From Microcoleus sp. (GTDB lineage Bacteria > Cyanobacteriota > Cyanobacteriia > Cyanobacteriales > Microcoleaceae): a DNA stretch of 64,000 nucleotides. Positions within the stretch are counted from its first letter, which is position 1; each line of letters starts with the position of its first letter. Location of the stretch: NCBI GenBank assembly GCA_042408215.1, contig JAYFMW010000005.1, forward strand, positions 128,001 to 192,000, written 5' to 3'. A program made the position numbers and the translations under genes. A model generated the notes under the pieces. It was not told the origin of the DNA. It worked only from the letters and a program-made list of their open reading frames with translations, and searched no databases. Below are positions 41,848 through 51,969 of the stretch, one piece after another.

Positions 41848-44800
41848 ATGGACGAACAACGCCTCGCCGCCTATCTCCAACTGATTCAAGCCCTGCTTGA
41901 GTGCCCTAGCGGTGAAGAAGATGATATTCTCGAACGCCCATCGAGAGTTAGTTGATGCGGATTTTGTGCAAGTCATGGAAGCAGTGGCGGCGAATATGGC
42001 AGAAAAGGGCGAATCCAATGCAGGTTGGTTGCAGAATCTGGCGGCACAATTGGCAAATTATGTCCGCAGTACAGCAACTCCTGAAGAGTATTTATCTTTC
42101 TTGATGGAGGTGTTGCAAGCAACGCATGAAAGTCGACGGAAATCCTCAAGTTGTCTATCCTATTTTACAACAAAACTTCGACAAATTGGATTTGAATTTT
42201 GCTCAAATATTGCAAGCTTGGGCCACATCCACATTCACAGAAGTTACCTCAGAACAAGCTGCATCATCGCAGCAGTTATTGGCAATTTTGGCAACTTAAT
42301 TCAGCAGTTTCCCCTGGGGCGGCGGGCATGGAATTTAGAAATAGGTATTGCTTGTTATACCGCAGCCTTAAAAGTCTATACCCGCGAGAATTATCCCGAA
42401 TATTGGGCAACGACTCAAAATTATTTGGGGGCTGCTTATAGTAACAGAATAGAAGGAGTCAGGGCGGCGAATATTGAAGAGGCGATCGCCTGTTATACCG
42501 CAGCCTTAGAAGTCTATACCCGCGAGAATTATCCCGAAGATTGGGCTATGACTCAAAATAATTTGGGGATTGCCTATAGTGACAGAATAGAGGGAGTCAG
42601 GGCGGCGAATATTGAACAGGCGATCGCCTGTTATCGGGAAGCTTTAAAAGTCCGTACCCCTGAGAATTATCCCGAAAAATGGGCTATGACTCAAAATAAT
42701 TTGGGGATGCCTATAGTGACAGAATAGAGGGAGTCAGGGCGGCGAATATTGAAGAGGCAATTTCCTGTTATCGGGAAGCTTTAAAAGTCCGTACCCCTGA
42801 GAATTATCCCGAAGATTGGGCTATGACTCAAAATAATTTGGGGGCTGCCTATAGTGACAGAATAGAGGGACTCAGGGCGGCGAATATAGAACTTGCGATC
42901 GCCTGTTATCGGGAAGCTTTAAAAGTCCGTACCCCTGAGAATTATCCCGAATATTGGGCTATGACTCAAAATAATTTGGGGAATGCCTATAGTAACAGAA
43001 TAGAGGGAGTCAGGGCGGCGAATATTGAACAGGCGATCGCCTGTTATCGGGAAGCTTTAATAGTCCGTACCCCTGAGAATTATCCCGAAAAATGGGCAGG
43101 GACTCAAAATAATTTGGGGGCTGCCTATAGTGACAGAATAGAGGGACTCAGGGCGGCGAATATAGAACTTGCGATCGCCTGTTATCGGGAAGCTTTAAAA
43201 GTCCGTACCCCTGAGAATTATCCCGAAGATTGGGCAGGGACTCAAAATAATTTGGGGGCTGCCTATAGAGACAGAATAGAGGGAGTCAGGGCGGCGAATA
43301 TAGAACTTGCGATCGCCTGTTATCGGGAAGCTTTAAAAGTCCGTACCCCTGAGAATTATCCCGAACAATGGGCAGATGACTCAAAATAATTTGGGGAATG
43401 CCTATAGAAACAGAATAGAGGGAGTCAGGGCGGCGAATATAGAACTTGCGATCGCCTGTTATCGGGAAGCCTTAATAGTCCGTACCCCTGAAAATTATCC
43501 CGAACAATGGGCTATGACTCAAAATGGTTTGGGGAATGCCTATGGTAACAGAATAGAGGGAGTCAGGGCGGCGAATATTGAAGAGGCAATTTCCTGTTAT
43601 CGGGAAGCTTTAAAAGTCTATACCCGCAAGGATTATCCCGAAGATTGGGCTATGACTCAAAATAATTTGGGGGCTGCCTATAGTGACAGAATAGAGGGAG
43701 TCAGGGCGGTGAATATTGAAGAGGCAATTTCCTGTTATCGGGAAGCTTTAATAGTCTATACCCGCAAGGATTATCCCGAAGATTGGGCAATGACTCAAAA
43801 TAATTTGGGGACTGCCTATAGTAACAGAATAGAGGGAGTCAGGGCGGCGAATATAGAACTTGCGATCGCCTGTTATCGGGAAGCTTTAATAGTCTATACC
43901 CCCGAAAATTATCCCGAAAATTGGGCTATGACTCAAAATAATTTGGGGGTTGCCTATAGAGACAGAATAGAGGGAGTCAGGGCGGCGAATATAGAACTTG
44001 CGATCGCCTGTTATCGGGAAGCTTTAATAGTCTATACCCCCGAGAATTATCCCGAACAATGGGCTATGACTCAAAATAATTTGGGGGTTGCCTATAGAGA
44101 CAGAATAGAGGGAGTCAGGGCGGCGAATATAGAACTTGCGATCGCCTGTTATCGGGAAGCTTTAATAGTCCGTACCCCCGAGAATTATCCCGAACATTGG
44201 GCAACGACTCAAAATAATTTGGGGATTGCCTATAAAAACAGAATAGAGGGAGTCAGGGCCGAGAATATAGAAGAGGCAATTTCCTGTTACCGCTTAGCCT
44301 TAGAAATTCGCACTCCTACTGCTTTCCCTTTAGACTGCTTGCAATCAGGTAGAAACCTCGGCAATACCGCTTTCACTGCTGGCTTCTGGGACATCGCCCT
44401 GGAAGGATTCGAGAAAGCAATTCAAGCAGTAGAAAAAAGCAGAAGTTGGGCAACTTCCGACGATATCCGCCAACAGATGATAGCAGAATCCATCGGTGTT
44501 TACGAAAAGGCAATTCAAGCTGCTGTCAACAACAACCAACTGGAAAAAGCCATAGAATATTGCGACAGAACCCGTGCTCAGCGGTTAGTGGATTTAATGC
44601 ACAGCAATGACTTGTATGCTAGCGGCGAAATTCCGCCCGCAGTGCAAAAGTATTTGGATGAATTTGAAGCGAAGCAGCAGGAAATTGACGCAGAAGTCGA
44701 ACAACTCCGCAATCCATCGGAGGGGAATAAGGGATTAGCTGGTGTGGGGAGTTCGTCGCGGAGTCGGGCGGATACTTCTGCTTACACGAAGAAGATTCAA

Positions 44801-46448
44801 GAATTGGAAGGGGAGAAACAGCAAATCTGGGAAAACATCCGCAGTTTAGATCCAGTTTTAGCGGGACAAGTTCAAGTTGTGCCGATGCAGTTTGCGGCGA
44901 TGCAGCAGTTGATTGATAATTCCCAGACGGCGATTCTCTGTTTTTATACGACGGATGATGACACTCATGTTTTTGTGATTTACAAGGATAAAGCGCCGCA
45001 GATTCACACTTGTCAGGGTGAGGGTTGGGGAAGTTTTCAGAAGTGGATTCGCTGAGAGTTGGTTGTCGCCTTATTTGGAGGATAGGAAAGGTTGGCAGCA
45101 GGGGATGGGTGAGTTTTTGTCTCAGTTGTCGCGGCGGTTGAAGGTTGATGAGTTGATTGGTAATTGTTTGGATGGGATTGAGGAATTGATTGTGATTCCG
45201 CATTTGTATTTGCATCAGATTCCGTTGGCGGCTTTGCCGGTTAATACCCTCGCAACCGAGGAGGGCGGGCACGGGGGCACCGCCCCTACAAATCCAGGGC
45301 TTGAGAGGGGGCTTGGTGTAGAACCCCCCCAACCCCCCCTTGGTGAGGGGGGGCTTAAGACTGTAGAACCCCACCTTGGTAAGGGGGGGCTTAAGAGTGA
45401 GACCCCCCCCCTTGGTGGGGGGGAAGAACCCCCCCAACCCCCCCTTGCTAAGGGGGGGCTTAAGAGTGAGATTTCTGCCCTGACGAAGGAACAAAAACTT
45501 GTTCTTTCTCCCCCCCTTAGCAAGGGGGGGCCGGGGGGGGTTCTTAGCGATTATTTCCTAATTCGTTACATTCCCAGTTGCCGAATTTTGGAGTATTGCA
45601 GTCAACGTCCCACCATTGAATCGCCGAAATACGGGATTGTGGAAAATGCCACGGATGATTTGTACTTCACTCCTTTTGAGTGCGAACAAATTGCCGAAAT
45701 TGTGACGGTAACTGAACGCTTAAAAGGAAGTCAAGAAGCAACAGTCGCCGCCTATCGAAACCTGACCCAAAATGTGAATGTCATCCACTCCAGTCACCAC
45801 GCTGTCTCGCGTTTGGACAATCCTTTAGAATCGCGGTTGTTTTTAGGAGACGGGAGTATCACGTTAGGGGAATTGATGACTCCTGGTTGGCGCTTACCGC
45901 AGTTATCGGATGTGTTTATGTCTTGCTGCGAAACTAATTTAGGAGATACGGAAATTACGGATAATCTGCTGAGTTTGGGTACGGGGTTTTTGTGTGCTGG
46001 AGCTCGCAGTGTGGTGAGCACTTTGTGGGAGGTGGATGATTTTGCTACTTCGTTGTTTTCGATTTTTTACTATCAGTATCGTCGGGAAGGTTTGAGTCGT
46101 CCAGAGGCTTTGTGGCGGGCACAGGTGCGGTTGCGGACGATTTCGGGCGCGGAGTTGGAAGGGCTTTATAAATCGCAAATTGATGCGCTGCTTCCGAAAG
46201 TTATTGGGGATTTAAAATCTCAATTGGCTGTGGTTCAAAAGGACAAAAAGGAGTTGAAAAAGCATCCAAATCGCTCGATCCAGGGAACGGATGAGTTTAA
46301 GAAGTTTAAGGAAATAGTGAAGCAGGAGAATAAGATTCAGGATCGAAAGAAAGGATATGAAAGTTGGAAAACAAATCTTTACACTATGTCAAATCCTTTT
46401 GATGATTTGATTTATTGGTCGGGGTTTATTTGTCAGGGTTTGCATTGA
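41848..46448 (+). CDS. Large TPR-CHAT (caspase-like) protease, split by about 6 frameshifts
   Basis: Start MDEQRLAAYLQLIQALLECPSGEE; 14 x 46-aa TPR-like repeats; CHAT motifs LIVIPH..LHQIP, IHSSHH, MSCCET, VVSTLWEVDD, YWSGF. Confidence 0.85.
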
Positions 46449-46550
46449 CAAGAGTTACGCACTCCCACTAAAGAAACCGGGTTTTTTACCAAATCTGCGG
46501 GCTGCGACGAAATATTTTCGTAAAAACCCGGTTTCTGGGCCCCCATCAAG

Positions 46551-46778
46551 TTAAAAATCGGGTTCAGTAGCCAAAAGTTCGATCGACAAATCCATCTTTT
46601 CCTTCCCCCGCGCCAAAAAACTTTCGCACTCCTGCAAACACTCGACAGCCACCGCAAATTGCTCGAAAACCTTTTCTAAAGGCAATTCTCCCGATTCCAC
46701 TCGCTTAATAATTGCTTCTATGCGATCGACTGTTTCTTCATAATTCCAGTCAGACTGGCGCAACTGCGAATCAATCAT
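46551..46778 (-). CDS. xseB: Exodeoxyribonuclease VII small subunit
   Basis: [21 protein letters not shown]; follows xseA. Confidence 0.9.
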   Translation of the reverse strand: MIDSQLRQSDWNYEETVDRIEAIIKRVESGELPLEKVFEQFAVAVECLQECESFLARGKEKMDLSIELLATEPDF

Positions 46779-46783
46779 AACTT

Positions 46784-47945
46784 TTATTCCGCATCCAATA
46801 TTTCTACAATGTTAACTCTCAAAACGCCGCGACTCAACCTCACAGTCAATTCCTCTCCCAATTGCAAACCCTCAGTCGTGCGGGCGATGGTACCGTCATT
46901 TTGTTTAACCGCAGCATAACCTCTTTGCAAAACCGCCGCCGGATTTAATGCGGACAATTTTTGTTGCAGCACTTCTAGTTTACCACTTGCCTGCTGCAAA
47001 GTTCGCGATGTCAAAGGCAATCGTTTTAAGCGATTTTGTAACAGTTGCAAATGCTGTTCTTCCCTCTGAAATCTTCCCCGCACAGCACTTGACAAATCCC
47101 TCGTTCTCTGCTTGTGTTGTTGGTAAATATTTGCTAAAACTGGCACTGCTTGTTCCGCTGCTGCTGTGGGAGTGTGAGCTCGTTTATCTGCTACTAAATC
47201 TGCCAGAGATTCATCTCTTTCGTGCCCGATACCGGTGATAATTGGAATCGCACAATTGACGATCGCCCTGACAACTCTTTCATCATTAAAACAAGCCAAA
47301 TCCTCCGCAGAACCGCCGCCACGGGCTAAAATGATCGCATCGGCCCTACCGTCCAATTCTACAAGGGCGATCGCCCTGACAATGGCAGCAGCAGCCAATT
47401 CTCCCTGCACTCCTGTCGGCGACAGCAACACCCGCAAACCTGGATATCTTTGGGCTAGAGTGCGCTGAATGTCTCCCCAAGCCGCACCGGTATCGGATGT
47501 TACTACGGCGACAATTTGCGGGTGTGGGGGGAGTGGGCGTTTTCGGGCGCGATCGAAAAAACCCTCAGCCTCCAAGCGCGATCGCAATTGCTGCAACCGC
47601 AAAGCTTGTAATCCTTCCCCGGTGGTTAGACATTGGGAAACATTCAACTGGTATTCGCCGCGATTTTTGTAAACCCGGAGGCTTCCCGATACCAGCAATT
47701 GCGCTCCTTTTGTCGGTGTCTGTATTAATTTTTGCCGCTGAGATTTCCAGACTACGCAGCGAATCGCAGCGCTTTTGTCGCGCATCGCACAGGGTGAAAT
47801 AGGTGCCGCTGGGGTGTTCGGAAACGCTGGCTACCTCCCCTGTTACCCAGAGGGATTGCAAGTGGCGATCGCCCTCCAACAAGTCTTGGAGGTATGATGT
47901 TAGTCGAGCCACAGATAAAGCTATGTCGGAAATAGTTGAAGTCAT
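46784..47945 (-). CDS. xseA: Exodeoxyribonuclease VII large subunit, frameshift near 47790
   Basis: LSVARLT, WVTGEV, YFTL in first frame; ARGGGS.EDL..FN, GIGHE.D, TPTAAAE in second. Confidence 0.92.
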
Positions 47946-48037
47946 CGACCGTCCTAATTTGACAAATCTAGGCTAATATATCTAAGGTAATTTATTTGTG
48001 GGTCGATCTGGCGATCGAAAACAAACTCAATACACTT

Positions 48038-48787
48038 ATGATATCAGATATAACGACTGCAATAAATATGCTCCGCCACGCAGCAACGGCGATCGGTATT
48101 ACCGAGTCAGAAGCCAGGAAATATGGCGACATTCGACACAGAAGAACTTGGTCTTTGGCGATCGAACATCACCTCTCAATGCAAGGAGAAGGCGATCGCC
48201 AAAAATCATCCTTGGTAACTCCCTCTCCCGATTTCTCGAATCTGCACAACCCCTCTCAGGCTTCGGGGAATGTCGGAGAGTCGTCTAAGTATAGTAGCAT
48301 TGATCTAACCGCGAATCAAGGCGAATCTCTGGTCAAAGTCCAGAAGCAAACAGCCACCGTTGTTGCGCCACAACAGCCAGTACAACACCCAGGGCGATCG
48401 TACAATAAAGCCAGCCAGCGCATCAGAAAAGCTAAAGGTTTTGAGCAAGTAGTTCAAAATCATATCAAAGCCTTAAAAGCCGCATCCTCTGTTCCCACAA
48501 ATCAGTCAAATTTGTCGATCGACAATTGGGTTTGTCCTGAGTGTGGGCCGCAAGGTGAAACTAGCTGTAACCTCTGTGCGGGTACGGGAAATGTAGACGA
48601 TATTGCAGCTATTGGATGGACGCTAGCTTATATGGAAATGTTGGGCTGTTCTGCTCGCGAACTAGAACCGATCAGGAGATTTTATCCAGCCTCAAATATT
48701 CTGGAATTGAATCTAAAAGTTTGTGTTGCTATCAAAGAAAGTAGCGAAGTTTTAGCCCGGACTGAAAAATTAGTCATTAGTCATTAG
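48038..48787 (+). CDS. Hypothetical protein with CxxC...CxxCxG.G zinc-binding motif
   Basis: CPECG...CNLCAGTG. Confidence 0.6.
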   Translation: MISDITTAINMLRHAATAIGITESEARKYGDIRHRRTWSLAIEHHLSMQGEGDRQKSSLVTPSPDFSNLHNPSQASGNVGESSKYSSIDLTANQGESLVKVQKQTATVVAPQQPVQHPGRSYNKASQRIRKAKGFEQVVQNHIKALKAASSVPTNQSNLSIDNWVCPECGPQGETSCNLCAGTGNVDDIAAIGWTLAYMEMLGCSARELEPIRRFYPASNILELNLKVCVAIKESSEVLARTEKLVISH

Positions 48788-49085
48788 TCATTAGTCATTA
48801 GTCATTGGTCATTAGTCATTAGTCATTGGTCATTAGTCATTGGTCATTAGTCATTGGTCATTAGTCATTGGTCATTGGTCATTGGTCATTGGTCATTGGT
48901 CATTGGTCATTAGTCATTAGTCATTGGTCATTGGTCATTGGTCATTGGTCATTGGTCATTAGTCATTAGTCATTGGTCATTAGTCATTGGTCATTGGTCA
49001 TTAGTCATTAGTCATTGGTAATTCGTAATTGGTAATTCGTAATTCGTAATTCGTAATTAGTCATGAGTTGCTAGTTATTAGTCAT
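48769..49085. repeat. Long STRR heptamer tract (GTCATTA/GTCATTG, then GTAATTC)
   Basis: Direct reading. Confidence 0.95.
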
Positions 49086-49162
49086 GAGTTGCTAGTTATT
49101 AGTCGCGAGCGATCGCAAAGAACAAATAACTAATAACAAATAACTCCTGACCAACCTCAAAA

Positions 49163-49717
49163 TTACTCACAATCAAGTATTGATTCCAGCCCTTTTAAAG
49201 CAACTTCCAAATCATCGTTAACGACTTGGACATCAAATTCGCCCGCCGCTGCAATTTCTGCTTTAGCCCGCAATAACCGACGGGCGATCGCACTTTCGGA
49301 ATCTTGACCCCGACTCCGCAAACGCCGTTCCAACTCATCCCAAGAAGGAGGTAAAATAAAAATTCGCAGCGCCTCTGGAAAATTATTCCTAATTTGTCTA
49401 GCCCCTTCCAACTCAATTTCGAGGATTACCCATTTTCCCTCACCAATTCCTTGCTTGAGACCAAAATAAGGAGTACCGTAAAAATTACCGGCAAACTCAG
49501 CCCATTCCGCCAACTCCCCAGCCTCAACCATTTCTTCAAAGCGGGCGCGGCTGACAAAATAGTAATGTTGTCCCTCAACTTCTCCCTCGCGGGGCTCACG
49601 AGTCGTCACCGATATCGAAAGATACAATTCCCCATGACGATTCAGGAGCGATCGTACTAATGTGCCTTTCCCTACACCGCTAGGCCCCGTCAGAACAATT
49701 AATTTACCTACTTTCAT
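49163..49717 (-). CDS. gmk: Guanylate kinase
   Basis: [22 protein letters not shown]. Confidence 0.97.
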   Translation of the reverse strand: MKVGKLIVLTGPSGVGKGTLVRSLLNRHGELYLSISVTTREPREGEVEGQHYYFVSRARFEEMVEAGELAEWAEFAGNFYGTPYFGLKQGIGEGKWVILEIELEGARQIRNNFPEALRIFILPPSWDELERRLRSRGQDSESAIARRLLRAKAEIAAAGEFDVQVVNDDLEVALKGLESILDCE

Positions 49718-49795
49718 GTTGACAATAGAAACATCTAAGACATTAAGTTTTCGCTTACTTTAAACTGTAGGCGCTTAAATTGCAACTCACAAACC

Positions 49796-50062
49796 TTAAT
49801 CATCCCGGCCCAGAGCCTCTTTGCTAACCACAAAACGATTAGCAACAGTTTCCGGTTGAATCGCCGAGAGGATGACGTGACTCGAATCAGTAATAATTAC
49901 CGCCCTAGTGCGGCGCCCGTAAGTCGCATCAACCAGTTGTCCCCGCTCCCGCGCATCAGTAATTATACGCTTAATTGGCGCCGACTCTGGACTGACAATG
50001 GCAATAACTCGATTAGCAGACACAATATTGCCAAAACCGATATTAATTAATTGAATATCCAT
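49796..50062 (-). CDS. remA: RemA / DUF370 family protein
   Basis: [25 protein letters not shown]; upstream of gmk. Confidence 0.92.
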   Translation of the reverse strand: MDIQLINIGFGNIVSANRVIAIVSPESAPIKRIITDARERGQLVDATYGRRTRAVIITDSSHVILSAIQPETVANRFVVSKEALGRDD

Positions 50063-50437
50063 GAAAATCTTAATGTATAGGTGAACGCTCAACTGTTAAT
50101 CCTTACTTCTCATCATATATACAAATATTTTTTCTTACAAGCATCAACCTACTTTATGCTGATTTTTGTAGTTGTTACTGGCAATTTTTGTACTTCTACT
50201 GACGCCGATGACCCCACTCTTTATCAAAACTTAAAAAAACAGTCGCTATTGCTGGCTTTATATTAAAGATTTGGTAAAATATCCGATTTCTAGTTGCGAA
50301 TCAAAGCATTATCTGTATCCAGACAAAATCAAGTAAATATTAAGAAATATCAACTACTCTGTTTAAGTAAAATTACAGGTGTAACTGAACACAAAGTTAA
50401 TCCTAGTGTTTATACTGACAGTAATAATACTGAGGCT

Positions 50438-50510
50438 GGGAATCGGGAATTGGGAATTGGGAATTGGGAATTGGGAATTGGGCATCGGGAATCGGGAATT
50501 GGGAATTGGT
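50438..50510. repeat. STRR heptamer tract (GGGAATT)
   Basis: Direct reading. Confidence 0.9.
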
Positions 50511-50628
50511 TCTTTGTCGCTGTTAGATCCCCGACTTCGTAAAAGTTGTCGGGGATCTGAGTATTCCTCTTGTCCCCCCCTTGTTAGATCAATTCCGGTA
50601 ACACCGGAATGATATAGAGGACACGGCA

Positions 50629-51857
50629 GTGCCCATTGGTGTCAACTTAAGCTCAAACCCAGTCAGAGACTGCTGTTTGACTATTAAATCTAGATCCCCC
50701 CTAGCCCCCCTTAAGAAGGGGGGGACAGGAGTCTTCTCAAAGTCCCCCTTCTTAAGGGGGATTTAGGGGGATCTAGACTTAGGTAAAAGCAAGAGATACC
50801 AAGGGTTTCAGGCTTAAGTTGACACCTATGGGCACCCGAAAAGTGTCCCTACCGTGATTAATTGTAGGGACACTCAAGCGTGCCCATTGGTGTCAACTTA
50901 ACGTTAAACCCAGTCACAGATTGCTGTTTGACCATTAAGCCTAGATCCCCCCTAGCCCCCCTTAAGAAGGGGGGGACAGGAGTCTTCTCAAAGTCCCCCT
51001 TCTTAAGGGGGATTTAGGGGGATCTAGACTTAGGTAAAAGCAAGAGATACCAAGGGTTTCAGGCTTAAGTTGACACCTATGGGCACCCGAAAAGTGTCCC
51101 TACCGTGATTAATTGTAGGGACACTCAAGCGTGCCCATTGGTGTCAACTTAACGTTAAACCCAGTCACAGATTGCTGTTTGACCATTAAGCCTAGATCCC
51201 CCCTAGCCCCCCTTAAGAAGGGGGGGACAGGAGTCTTCTCAAAGTCCCCCTTCTTAAGGGGGATTTAGGGGGATCTAGACTTAGGTAAAAGCAAGAGATA
51301 CCAAGGGTTTCAGGCTTAAGTTGACACCTATGGGCACCCGAAAAGTGTCCCTACCGTGATTAATTGTAGGGACACTCAAGCGTGCCCATTGGTGTCAACT
51401 TAACGTTAAACCCAGTCACAGATTGCTGTTTGACCATTAAGCCTAGATCCCCCCTAGCCCCCCTTAAGAAGGGGGGGACAGGAGTCTTCTCAAAGTCCCC
51501 CTTCTTAAGGGGGATTTAGGGGGATCTAGACTTAGGTAAAAGCAAGAGATACCAAGGGTTTCAGGCTTAAGTTGACACCTATGGGCACCCGAAAAGTGTC
51601 CCTACCGTGATTAATTGTAGGGACACTCAAGCGTGCCCATTGGTGTCAACTTAACGTTAAACCCAGTCACAGATTGCTGTTTGACCATTAAGCCTAGATC
51701 CCCCCTAGCCCCCCTTAAGAAGGGGGGGACAGGAAGCCTCTTTCAAAGTCCCCCTTCTTAAGGGGGATTTAGGGGGATCTAGACTTAGGTAAAAGCAAGA
51801 GATACCAAGGGTTTCAGGCTTAAGTTGACACCTATGGGCACGCTTGAGTGTCCCTAC
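50629..51857. repeat. Five tandem 251-bp units of nested palindromic MITE/REP-like elements
   Basis: GTGCCCATTGGTGTCAACTTAA at 50629, 50880, 51131, 51382, 51633. Confidence 0.95.
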
Positions 51858-51969
51858 CTTTGGGTAATATTAATTCCGATGCTACCGGATTTGATATTAA
51901 GGGGAGTAGGGGTTGAGTAGGGAGCAAGAAGACGGGGCGATGGAGAAGACTGTGGACTCAAACGGTTGA

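Noticed and set aside
41383..42018. Minus-strand 211-aa ORF and similar repeat-derived ORFs (44619-45494, 35327-35632, 39423-39629, 56835-57101)
   Set aside because: Antisense to real genes or translations of palindromic repeats
42400..44340. Complete diversity-generating retroelement
   Set aside because: No reverse transcriptase, accessory gene or separate template repeat in the window; only partial adenine bias
50629..51857. Possible CRISPR array or ncRNA gene cluster
   Set aside because: 251-bp near-identical units built from dispersed repeat families; no spacers
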